Translations under genes and position numbers: made by a program
Source: Camelus dromedarius
Lineage: Eukaryota
NCBI RefSeq assembly: GCF_036321535.1
Contig: NC_087436.1
Coordinates: 55,864,001 to 55,928,000 of the forward strand
DNA: 64,000 nucleotides
Direction: 5' to 3'
The notes under the pieces: model-generated
Database searches by the model: none
What the model was told of the DNA's origin: nothing
What the model saw: only the letters and a program-made list of their open reading frames with translations
In this document: positions 53,310 to 64,000 of the stretch, in pieces
How the letters are laid out: each line of letters opens with the position of its first letter
Numbering within the stretch: the first letter of the stretch is position 1

Positions 53310-53600
53310 AGTCACTTTATTAGTGGGCCTTTCCTGATCATCCTACTTAAAATTATTCCTCCATCCTACTCCACCCCAGTTTTCCCTAAATGTAAACCCT
53401 GCTTAGTTTCCTCATTCTACTTATGGCTATCAAACATATGTATATTATATTGTCTTTCTTCCTTCACTAGAATGTAAGCTCTATGAAGTAAAGTGGTTTT
53501 GTCTCTTTGGTTCACTTTTGTCTCTGCTGAAGCAAAACAGTGCCTGAAACATACCAGACATTTAATAAATATTTGTTGAATGAATGTGTGAATGAATGAG
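53310..53600 (+). mobile_element. L2 3' end
   Basis: actagaatgtaagctctatgaa...cagtgcctgaaacata...aataaatatttgttgaatgaatg. Confidence 0.8.
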
Positions 53601-55249
53601 CAATCTGTTATTGGAGTTCAGAATCGACATTGGAAAACTAGCTTGGAAGCCAATGTAAATGTCCAAATGCTTAGTTTCACAAATCAAACAGTGGCAGTGA
53701 AAAGGAGAGTAAATAATGAATTTAAGAAACATTTAACTGAATAGGAAAGTTGGTCTTGTTTACCAATTAGATAAATACTAGACAATTCTCCTTTACATGT
53801 GCAAAGACTTAAGGAACCTCAAATGGATTCATGGGATCTTAGATTTGGAAAAGCTCAGATTTCAGAGTCATCTCATTTATCCCCTCAATGTATAGGAGAC
53901 TGACGGTCTGATTTGTTAAGTAACATAGCACAAGGTGCACCAGTCCCAGAATTTTCCCCATATGACACAGTTCTATGATAGACAGCAACAAATAAATTTA
54001 TAATATATTATTGTAATTTTAAAGGTATAATTTAATGTGGAGCTTTGGTTAATTTTGGTGCTCACCAAAATCAACTGTGAATAAGTGGCTCCTCCTAATT
54101 AAGTCTTATATGATACTAGCCATTCAACAATGCCTTTCTAATCCAAATATCAATACAGTATGTGGAATATGGAACTTTGCAATAGCAAAGTCTAACCTTG
54201 AATAATATTTTTACTGGGTAATAAAAAAAATAAAATTGTAAGCTATAAAATGCAGGAAAATTTCATATCAAGAGTTTGATGAGATTATGCCTTTTGTACT
54301 TACATCTATTAAATGTTAAAGATTGATCTTTAGAGTCAACTGAGTATAAAGGCTTTTCAAAAATGTTAAAGTTACAAGAGAAAAAGTCTCATTTAGCATG
54401 ATTGTAAATGAAATTAAAAGGTCATTTAAGACGTCAAATTTAAAATATACTAGTGGAAACTTAAAGCATTTTAAAAATTTCTTCTTGTTCATAAAATTTA
54501 ACTTGAAGGAGTTGTAACACCACACTTTTCCAATTATTGTTACACTTTAAATAAAAAGCCATGATGATAAATAAATCTCCACAAAATATTTGTAGTTAAA
54601 ATTAAGCATACATTTAATTTCTATATTCTATCTTCTACAACAAACAACAATCAACAATGAGGTGGTAATGTTAACCAGGTAGCATTTGATGTGTTTCTCT
54701 TAATTTTGCAAAACCCTGGAGAAATTATTAACATGGGTCCCAGAGAGATGACTAAATTGGGTCTAGAGAGATTAACTGTAAAGTCAATTAAAAGAAGAAA
54801 GCTCATAGAAGAGCTAAGATCTTACTTTTTTATGCCAAATTCTTTTGGTTTATAGGATCGGATGCTCCATTAAAATAGCACAGGAAAAGTAAGGCTTGAA
54901 ATTTAATTAATCACTCACTACTTACATATTTTTTCCTACACTCCTCACACGACTCCATATTTCCATGCTCATTCTCCATAAAGAAAAAGACACTAAATTT
55001 GACTGTATCTGTGCCTTGGGAGAGTTAGAGAATCAACAATCATCCCAGAGTTTGGGAATGTCACTCTATTCTAAAGCCTTTCCAAACTGGCATAGGTGCT
55101 ATTTTCTGCTATTAACTGAAGAGCTTAAGTTGCAGTACAAGTGTTCATGTTTGCCTAGTCCACGCTAGTCCATCCTGTAACATCGTATGAACCTGAGGCT
55201 TAATGGTGGTCTGACCCCACATAATAGATAAAACACCTTTGTGCTTCTG

Positions 55250-57190
55250 TTTTAACTACACTGCTTGCCGGACTATAGCCCCATAACCAGCTACACTAAC
55301 CTCTCACCTGATCTGGCCCCAATTCCCAACTTGGTTTTCACCCAGTTCACATTCATTCCACAATCACTCTTTGAGCCTGCAATATTTTTTCTCCCATCTC
55401 TTTCTTGACTAATGACCTTTGTCCCTATTTCACTGAGAAAATAGAAGCAATCCAAAGAGTTTCCACCCACTCTTACCACATTTCATAGTCTAGCTATATA
55501 CTTCTTCTTTTATCATGGATGCACTCTCCATGTGCCTACGGAAGTCCAATTCCTCTAATCTCTGGATACTACGCATTCAGGGACATCATTCCAGCCACTG
55601 TCCCCTTTCTTGTCTACTTTTTTAAATACTTCCTTCACTTTCCATCAGCATCCAAACTACTAAAATATCTCCCTTTACAAATGTTTTCCATTAAGATATA
55701 CACCTTTTAGTTGTTAGTCAATTTATCTCGTGTCATTTTACCATAAAATTCAGAGTAACAAGAAAGTAATTGGCTTTAAATTTTCTTCTCTCATTCTCTG
55801 TTAAACCTACTCCATCTTCCCGTTCTCTTTACCAAAGGTTACTTTGGCCAGTGCATTGCTAAATCCAATGTTCATTTTACTCCACATTATCAGAACTTGA
55901 CAGAACTGATCAGAGATTTCTCGATATATTCTCTTTATTCAGTCTCTTATACCCATATCTCTGTTAGTTCTCCTGCCACTTTACCGGCTGCTCCTTCTTA
56001 GTGTCCCTTGCTTCTTCCTCTATGTTCTTTACATCTACAGCCCAAAGCTCAGTTCTCAGGCAATTATTCTTCTCTAAGGACACTGACTCCCTGGGGGACC
56101 TCATTCCATTTCATGCCTTTAAATACAAACTAAATAAAATGACAAGTTCCAAATATACACCTGCAGCCTAGACCTCTTTCTGACTTGTACATTTTTCTGT
56201 GTCTTACAGACCTTTACTTAGATGTCCAATTAGTATCTCAGAACTTGGAAGTTCTAAACAAAATTTCTGATTTACCCCATCAAACTTGCTTCTTACATAA
56301 TTTTCTCCATCTCAGCAAATGTCAACTTCATCATTCTATTCATAGTGGATAAAATGTTTGAAGTCTGATCCTCCAAATACTTGGAATTGTTGTTTCCGTT
56401 GTTTAGAATCACTGACCCTCTCTCTCTCATACCTTGCATCCAATCCACCAAAAAATAACAACAAAAACATATAGGCTATAGCTTCAAAATACAGTATATT
56501 CTTAAAATAAGCATCTTTTAACTGCCTCTACTGCTACCTCCCTAGTCCGGACCTTCATCATTTCTGGGATTATTGAAACAGCCCTCTAGCTAAGATCTCA
56601 GTGTTTACCTTCCCCACCTCCTACCTCTTTGCCTTCAAATCAATTCTCTACGAGATAAGTCCCAACCATCCTTTTAGAATCTACATCAGATTATTTCAAT
56701 CCCATGCTAAAAGCCGGCAATCACTTCATGTCTCATTCAGAATAAAAGGCAATAACATCCTCTACATCTGGTTCCCTACCACCTCTTTGAACTCACCTTT
56801 TCCACTCTCCCCTTCTTCCTCCACTTAGTTGCACTCACCTCCTTACTATTTTTGGACAGACCATCCTTCCACCTTGATATCTTGGCTTTTGCAATTCCTT
56901 CTGCATAAAATGTTCTTGTCCCAATATCAACTCTCACACTTCCTTCTCCTCTCAGCTCTACTGTCATCTCACCAATCAGGCTTTCCTTAAACTCTCCATG
57001 TAAAACAGCAACATTCCCTCTTTGACTCTTCCTGTTTCCCTTATTCTGTTTTATTTACCTTCATAGCACTTACCACCACCTAACATATGCCAGCCTCTCA
57101 CACTAAAAGGATAGGTCAAGGTAGGAACATTATTTTGTTCACTGTTTCATCTCCAGTACCTAGAACAGTGCTTGGTAAACAGTATGAAGG
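55250..57190 (+). mobile_element. Long L2 fragment
   Basis: Pyrimidine-rich L2 body (tttcactgagaaaatagaagcaatc; ttgctaaatccaatg) ending tttgttcactg...ctagaacagtgcttgg. Confidence 0.8.
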
Positions 57191-57838
57191 TCACTGATCT
57201 TAGCAGCCAAAAGAGCACTTCTATACCTTCCCCATGCAGTCAACTCTTTTTTTTTTTTTTTTCAGGCATTTCAATTAAAACAACAGAAAATTCAATGGAG
57301 TTATACAGGTTTTTATTTCTGATGGGTGCGCCTTGGCAAACTAGCTCCCTTGTTTTTATAATCCTCTTGGCTTCTCACCTTGGCCCACCCTTCTTAAATT
57401 TGTGAGCATAAATTTAGAAATTTATCTCAGAACCATCTATTTTATTAATAATCTCCTATACTCCTTAGTAAATTGCTGCAAATAATTGCCACCAGGACCT
57501 AAGGGGGCAGAGAACTAAGCTCACAAGCACTGTACCATCAAGTTCAAAGGAGGCCTCAAACTCTGTTCTAATTAGAAGAGCAGATAGAATACATAGTAGC
57601 GTTTGCTCACTATTTGAAGTGGCAAGTGAAAACTTTGTCCCCAGATTTATATAAGGAAGTCACTTTGAAAATATTAAATTCCTGGTACAGAAGCCAAAGA
57701 CAGTAGAGCTAATTTCTCTTACAATTAGGTAAGTAATCCTTCTTTAGAGGTTAGCTAGCCATATTAGTGCAGCCTTTTGGCTGACAGCAAGTAGATCTGT
57801 GGGTGTTGGAACCACTGGGGCTGGCTGGCTATTTTTTA

Positions 57839-58033
57839 CAGCGGGATTCAGCAATCTTTCCTTCAGACAGAATGTAAATATTTTAGGTTTTATTAGCCAT
57901 GTACTGTCTCTATCCCATATTCTTTTTGTTTAAACAACACTTTAAAAAGTGTAAAATCCATTCTTAGCTCCAAACTGTGCAAAACCAGGCGACATGCTGG
58001 ATTTGACCCATTGTCAACAATTTGCTGACCTCT
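57839..58033. mobile_element. MER58-like hAT-Charlie MITE
   Basis: cagcgggattcagcaa...gtaaatattttaggtttt...ctggatttgaccca...tttgctgacctct. Confidence 0.75.
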
Positions 58034-59879
58034 TAGAGTTTAGCATTTTTTGTAACAAGTGAAATGGTCAAGTATAAGATTCCTAGGACATGGGAGAGGA
58101 AAATGCTATAGAGATCGGTATCTAATAAAAGAAGCAACAGTTAATAAGCAATTGAGAAATGTCCTAGTCAACTAGCCATCAGTAGCAGACAAGGCAATGG
58201 AAACTCAAAGCGTAGACCACAGTATGTCATACAGAATGTCATTTCAGGTGGTCTTCCAAGAGGCAGTGGATAAAGCTCTAGACAGATGAAGTATGGTTAC
58301 TATATAATATTGATCTTACATCAGGAAAATGAAGACCTGAGAACTGGTATTAAAGACCTGAATCTTATTCCTATCCTCGTAAGAAGTAAGGTGCACACAG
58401 ATTTGCCTGCTGGGAGAAGCCCAGATGAAGTAGTTTACCAGGTATGTAGCTGCTATTTATTTAGCGCTTGTATGTCTATCAAAGACCTAATACATACCAA
58501 GTACTCTTCTAGGTACAGAAGATGTAGCAGTAGACAGAGCAAAGTCACTAGAATCGTGGAGCATACATTCAGCTTAGGAAATGGAGGTAGTAAACAAGAC
58601 CAATTAAGTAAACAAGATAATTTCAAATACTGATATGTCCTTAGTGTCAATCAATCACATATGGACAATGAGCTAAACTGAACCAATCAAGCCTTTATTC
58701 ACCTAGAGCAACAGTGCAAGAAAGAGGCAAAAAGAAGTACCAACTTATCAATGTTCCACTTTTCCCCACAGAAAACAGGGTGAGGGTCAGATGGATGAAG
58801 CACAGATGGGGGAATCATCTCACTCAAGAGGAGCTCCATACAAAAGGGTTCTTTCTCTTTATAGATCCATGCACTGGGAGAAAGGAGAGAGGGAAGGGCT
58901 CCGAGGAGAAAGATGCTGGGTCCAAGTACGTGTGCCTCAGCCAAGATCCCCAAGAAAGAGGCTTCTGAATGGAGGAGCCTGCACGTGTATGCAAACATAT
59001 GAGAGTATGAGGATGGTTGCCTGGGAGGGGGGCAGGAGGAACTGAGTCCTGACGGAAACTCCCTCCAGAAAACTGCAGTGACCTGTCCGTGGTGTACAGA
59101 GGGCAATCCCACTCCCACCCCACCTGTCACTGTCTGTGTTTGGGGCTGAAAGATCACACAGAGGATGTGGGCCTGGAGTGGACTCCTCACTTAGAAGAAA
59201 GCTGTTTATATACAAATATAACTGGGAAGGCTTCACCAAGGAGGTAGGCAGTTAAGCTGGAACCCAGATGACAAAGAGAAGGCCACTGTATAAAGAGCTA
59301 TGTAACTGGTGTTCCAGAAAAGAAAAGAGCAGCTGTAAAATGATGCAGCAAGGAGCTTGAAGGAGTCAAGGACAACAGTTAAGGCCAGGGTATCTGGCAC
59401 ACTGTGAACCAGGAGAGCCTGTTACAAGATGAGACACCTCATCTGAGCTCCTGCCCTGTCCTAGGCAATCTTCTGGGAGCTGGAGATTTTGTCTAAAAGA
59501 AAACACTCTCCGCACCACCACACACATGTTCAGACTCGTGTTCAGTTATTGCAAATAAAGAACAAACTTAAGTGAACTCCACTCTCTCAGGACTGTGCCA
59601 GGAGCATTATAACATTAAAGTCCTCAGAACAACCTTGCAAACTGGGTTTTATAATATGCGTTTTTACGTATAAAGCAAATAAGTGTCAGAGAGGTAAAGA
59701 AAACTGTCAAGTACAACCACTTAACTGAAACCACAGCCCATGTTCTCCCTTCTACACCACAAGTGACTGGAAGTTTGGCGTCTGGGTCCCAGCAAAGACC
59801 ACTGGGTACCCTGGGAAAAATAAGATAGAATCTAGGTGATAAAATAAGGTCTAAACTCTTCTTTAGTACTTAGTCTAGT

Positions 59880-60330
59880 TTCACTTGCCTGTAGGAGGTT
59901 GCGGACCGAGGCCTTGCGCCAGACAAGTCGGATTAGCACTTTCCGGCAAAACCGCTCCAAGACTGGGCGAGCTGCGCGGAGAGGCGCTTGCGCTTGCGCG
60001 GCACCCCAATCCAACATGGCGGTGGCGGGCCGTGGGCAGAGGCGCTGCGCCCCGACTGCAACTGCGCAAGCACAGTGCGCAGCGCGACTGCGCAGCCCCG
60101 CGAGAACTCCGCTCCTCGCTGCTGATAGAGTCCGTTCAGCAGCCTCGTCAGCCGCCTTGTCAGCTACCTCGTCCGTCAGCCGCCTGTGGGGAGAGCATGG
60201 GCCCTACAGTGTGAGCTCACACCTCTCCATTCTCTGCTGGAAGAATAAGGCTGTCTGGTGTTTCTGAACTGGACTCTGTCAATTGGCGCAAGTGGCTCCG
60301 AGCAGGAGGACCCTTGTTGGACCGCTACTG
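59880..60330. promoter_or_regulatory. CpG island with promoter-type motifs
   Basis: The only CpG-dense, GC-rich block in the window. Contains YY1-like aacATGGCGG (~60013-60022), NRF1-like GCGCTTGCGC repeats (~59984-60000), several TGCGCA and TTCCGG. Confidence 0.7.
59889..60183 (-). pseudogene. Candidate GC-rich exon, 98 open codons (RLTDEVADKAADEAAERTL...WGAAQAQAPLRAARPVLERFCRKVLIRLVWRKASVRNLLQ)
   Basis: Acceptor ctctccccacag, GC-type donor CAG|GCAAGT, 295 nt, no stop. AAQAQA...LERF resembles the RGS C-terminal AQxxxxxLxxxxxxRF. Confidence 0.55.
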
Positions 60331-61734
60331 GAAAGGGTAGGTAACAACTGGTCATTATAAATCGGGGCTTAAAGCCAGAAAAGGCCCAGGAACTGAGATG
60401 ACTTGCTGTTGAGCTGCTACCTCTTCCCTTAGAACTCCTTATCTGCCTTTGTCTAAGGAGTGATTTGAGAATCTTGGATGATGCTGAACGCATAGGTCTA
60501 GTCTAAGTGGTTTACTGCAAAGGTTAGAAGCTGCTCAGGTTAGTAAGCAGGTTTTGAGTCCAATGAACCTCACAACACCCCACAAACAGCCCCGGCCCTT
60601 TTCCGCCGGACACCCTGGGACCATATGCCTCGCGTTGCACCGTGACACAATTTTATACGCACATAATTTCAGAAACACTGTTCGAGGGAACATCTTTAAC
60701 TGAAACATGGTGCTTTTTCTTTTTTTCTTTTTTTTTTTTTTTTTTGGAACACAGTGCTTTTAGAAGAATTAATGGCTGATTAAAAGAAAGAAGCAGTAAG
60801 ACAGGACAGAATAAGCAAAAGCCGAAAGACTAAAGAGCTCAAAGATATTGGCCTGGCTCAGAAATTAATTTCTGAGTCTTCCTTGGTGATTTAGTCCATC
60901 CTCTCTTCAATTTTAGTTCTATTTTACTAAAAAAATTAATGTGTCAAGTTACAGCAAAAAGAAATATATGTCTTAGTGTTTTTATCTTTGAAATGGGAAT
61001 AACCTATACTTGCATTAGAGAATCTGAGATGGAAGCAATGTGTGTTGCGTATGTACAGAGGAGTCTGATTATACAATAATTAAAATCTTTTTCTGGTCTG
61101 AATCTTTTTCCCCATTGCTTGAAAGTTTTCCCAAGGCTCAAAGAGAATGTCCCTATTACCACCTCCATTTGTTACAGTATTTCTTCACTTGCATACCATC
61201 TTCCAGGGCTACAAAGAGAATGAATAATACTTTAAATACACAGCACAGAGTGTTGTTATAGACTGTCATTCTACCAGGGCATTTTAATGCAGTTGTGCAA
61301 TGTGACTGGAGTGGAGATCTCAGGTTAATGTCTACTGTCTTTCAATTTCAATTTAAACAGTAAATTAAAGATGATTTGCTCTTTTTGAGCATGACAGCGA
61401 CCTTTTGAGATGAAATGTCTTTAAGCCAGTTTGGTTGCTGTAGTTGTTGGGCCCAAATCCCTGAGGGTAAACATTATGGTGACTGCTGAGAAATACCTCT
61501 CAAGTTCTTAGAAATGACTGCTTTTCAACTGTGGCAATAACAGACAGGAATACCAAAACAAAACTCAGCATCAGTTCCTTCCTTTACCAAATTACCTATT
61601 CATATCAAGCAACTGTTTTCCTTAGGAAAAGAGATTAGAGCTTCTTTCCATTCACTATCTTTTGTTTTTCCTTTTATTGATTGTTGCATCAGTAATTCCT
61701 TTTTCTTTCCTGAAAATACACTATATATCCTCAC

Positions 61735-61887
61735 CCACTATAGTTTTTAAACCAATTCTTAGTTGGTTCCCTATTCAATTCAGTGCTACCACAGGATGTC
61801 AAGCATTTCTCAAGCAGGTTTAGGCAATTAACCCCTCTTTTGTATTGTGTTTTTCCCAATTCTTTCAGTGGAGTGAACCAATGTAAA
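61735..61887 (-). pseudogene. Candidate exon, open frame LHWFTPLKELGKTQYKRGVNCLNLLEKCLTSCGSTELNREPTKNWFKNYS
   Basis: Acceptor cttttgtttttttgag, donor GG|GTGAGG, 153 nt, phase 2-2, no stop. In frame with the next exon at 60183. Confidence 0.5.
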
Positions 61888-62709
61888 CTCAAAAAAACAA
61901 AAAGCCAAACTCCATGAAGTGGATACATTTTGTGCTAGAAAACCACAGGCAAAATTTCATTATTCTACCCATTCATATGCAGATTGATTTTTTTCCTTCT
62001 TCTGTGGAATTTTGTGCAAAGTGCTCAAAAAATATTACCTTTTGCTTTGTTCGTTTTAAGGGGCATGAATTAATGATACATTTTATCAAAATTTTATGTG
62101 GATTATTTTAATAAATCTAAGCATATACATTTGTCAGAAAGATCTGTGAGGTTTTAGTTATTCTAAGCATAATCCATTCAGTGACTAAGTCACTTATATT
62201 TCATAATCTAAAACCCTGTAGAAGTCAAGTTGCATGACATTCTCACTACAGGCAGCTTCCAAACAAAAATGTTGAAAGTGTTTAAAATTGTGAAAAACAG
62301 TGTTTAAAACAGAAAAGAGAATACAACATTAGAGAAAGTACTCTAAAGAATTACAATGAAGGGGGAAAAAGCTAAATCTACATAATATCTAAGACTAAGA
62401 TAATCTCTTCTAATCTTTTCCAACTTGCTCAGTAAGAAATGAGAAAGTTCAGCAGAAATTGATTACAAGAGATTCAGTAAGGAAAAAAAAAAGGTAAAAC
62501 CGTGCATTTGCATTCTATCTTAATTTCCTTCTTGCAGTGTTTAATACACTGTTAATTAGATCATAAACATACCAGAATAAAGTTTTTAAATTGCTTTTAT
62601 GCTTTTTTAATTTTAATTTTTAAAGATAACTTATTTTAAAGAATCAAATGTGGATTAAGAGCTCATATTAGAGGAAACCTAGACAAAGAAAAATAGATAA
62701 TGGCTTAAG

Positions 62710-62973
62710 TAAGTTCCTATTTGTTTAAGTGACATTATTTCTAATTCAGTCACACAGTCGGTCAGGTATACATCCTTTGATCCTCCTGCTTCTAGTTTCA
62801 GAAGTATTAAATTCATATCACTTGCAAGGCAGGGTGTTTTGTAGTGCAGTTCCCAGTTGGAGAGGTTACGTGGGGTGACTTCTTCACCACCTCTCCTGGG
62901 CATGTTCCTCCTACTGGCTTTTGACTATATCAAGTGAAGTAAATGGCACTGTGACCTTTATCATCCCTATTTC
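62710..62973 (-). pseudogene. Candidate exon with RGS core-like peptide RNLSNWELHYK...KLEAGGSKDVYLTDCVTELEI
   Basis: Acceptor cttttctcatcacaag; overlaps ORF 62679..62903. Motif order matches RGS ENLxFWxxxxxYK...AxxIxxxYL...ExNI. The 5' part has stops and the donor was not located. Confidence 0.45.
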
Positions 62974-63212
62974 CTTGTGATGAGAAAAGCAGCTTGGTCA
63001 GAGCAACAACCTTTGGAGCTCAAAATTCTACACCTAACTTCATCTTGATCTCAGAGTTTTTTGTTTGAAAAGACACTGGCAATACTATTACAACACTACA
63101 TAGTGTTGTATAGTACAATGCTTAAAGGTAGAAAATAACCTCTCAATTATCTATGCTGTAACTGTCTCCTCTATGTTTATTCTCTCTCCTCCTCCCTCCC
63201 TTCTCCCCTCAC

Positions 63213-63342
63213 CCTCTTGATTGAATTCCTGAAGGATGCAGAAGGCACACACAGCTGGGCCCAAGAAAGTTGTATGCAATATGGGTTGTGTGTGTTAAAC
63301 TATTTACACTGGTGTGTGGGAGGAAGCAAGAGAGTTTGTTGC
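63213..63342 (-). pseudogene. Candidate exon, open frame NKLSCFLPHTSVNSLTHTTHIAYNFLGPSCVCLLHPSGIQSR
   Basis: Acceptor cttgctctttatcag, donor GG|GTGAGG, 130 nt, no stop. HIAYNFLGPS resembles the RGS IxxxFLxPxA motif. Confidence 0.45.
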
Positions 63343-64000
63343 CTGATAAAGAGCAAGGATAACACAGAAATGGGAATTGAGAATAATAAACGTTAAGAGC
63401 CTCAACAGCTGACATTTAAAATGTTTACAAACCACAATATTTCCATTAACATAAGCAGTGTTATTATAAAGCAATAAGATACAACATAAAGAGACACACT
63501 TACACAAATAATCTCTGTGCATTCCCTGCATCAGAACAAATGGTACAAGATGACCTCTAAGATTCTTATGGTATGACTCTACCTTAGACTTAGTTCATGT
63601 ATAGTGTGAATAGTGGTAGTCTTCAGAAAAAGCATGAAGCATGAGGACATTTTCTTTTTAAATTGCATCTAATTTTTTCCACAGAACATTATGTTCCATT
63701 GTTCCCTAATGGCACAGTCAACCCCTATAAAGTATCTATTTATATTAGACGATTAAGCTCTAATAATGTGTTTAAATTTTTTTCTTAGTTCTCAACAAAG
63801 TACATTAGTTCAATGCAGACTCCTTGATTTTTCTAATCATGTTTGCTAATCTGCAAAATTCAGTAATTTGCAATGGATCTCCCAGTCATTAGTGTCAATT
63901 AAGGAGGCTCTCCCTTATACCAGATGGTACTGAGGGAACAGAACAAGAGAGTAGGAATAAAATGTGTTTTCTAAAACCCTCCTACACGCCAGTTTAAACA

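Larger units (their letters stand above)
10735..63342 (-). pseudogene. Putative decayed multi-exon gene encoding several RGS-like domains (RGS22/RGSL1-like); may extend beyond the window
   Basis: Series of minus-strand segments, mostly with polypyrimidine-AG acceptors and GTAAG/GTGAG donors. Their translations show RGS-type motifs (NLxF/W, I/LxxxF/YLxPxA, AQxxxxxL...RF) plus stops and frameshifts. Domain call is by eye only. Confidence 0.55.

Noticed and set aside
54304..54352. 49-nt minus-strand micro-exon PLYSVDSKDQSLTFNR
   Set aside because: Plausible donor, but too short to distinguish from chance, and it leads into a frame with stops.
59899..60267. Plus-strand CpG-island ORFs (59885..60214, 59899..60267) as protein-coding
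   Set aside because: Long ORFs are expected in GC-rich DNA; no recognisable homology or downstream plus-strand exons.
62770..62973. Ankyrin-like reading (NRDDKGHSAIYF; TALQ...LLKLEAGG)
   Set aside because: Requires mixing frames; a single open frame gives a better RGS-like pattern.
1..64000. CRISPR arrays, tRNA/rRNA genes or prokaryotic systems
   Set aside because: None seen; the sequence is eutherian genomic DNA and the tandem repeats are simple microsatellites.

Overview
AT-rich, repeat-dense eutherian genomic DNA. It is probably camelid, inferred from the L1 3' tail and the absence of Alu, BovB/Bov-tA, PRE1 and SINEC elements. I recognise no intact cellular gene. Much of the window is transposon-derived: old L1M and L2 fragments, a near full-length Tigger1, MER5A/MER33/MER58, MaLR/ERVL/ERV1 LTRs, and one young 5'-inverted L1 with a 13-bp TSD whose ORF2 is split between strands. 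The main finding is a chain of about 15 minus-strand segments in the unique DNA (about 63.3 kb down to 10.7 kb). Most are bounded by splice signals, and their translations repeatedly show RGS-domain-like motifs but carry scattered stops and frameshifts. This suggests a decayed multi-RGS (RGS22/RGSL1-like) unitary pseudogene. One exon coincides with the only CpG island, which carries promoter-type motifs. The RGS call is by-eye motif recognition and needs an HMM or BLAST test. All repeat names are from remembered consensus sequences, and repeat boundaries are approximate.
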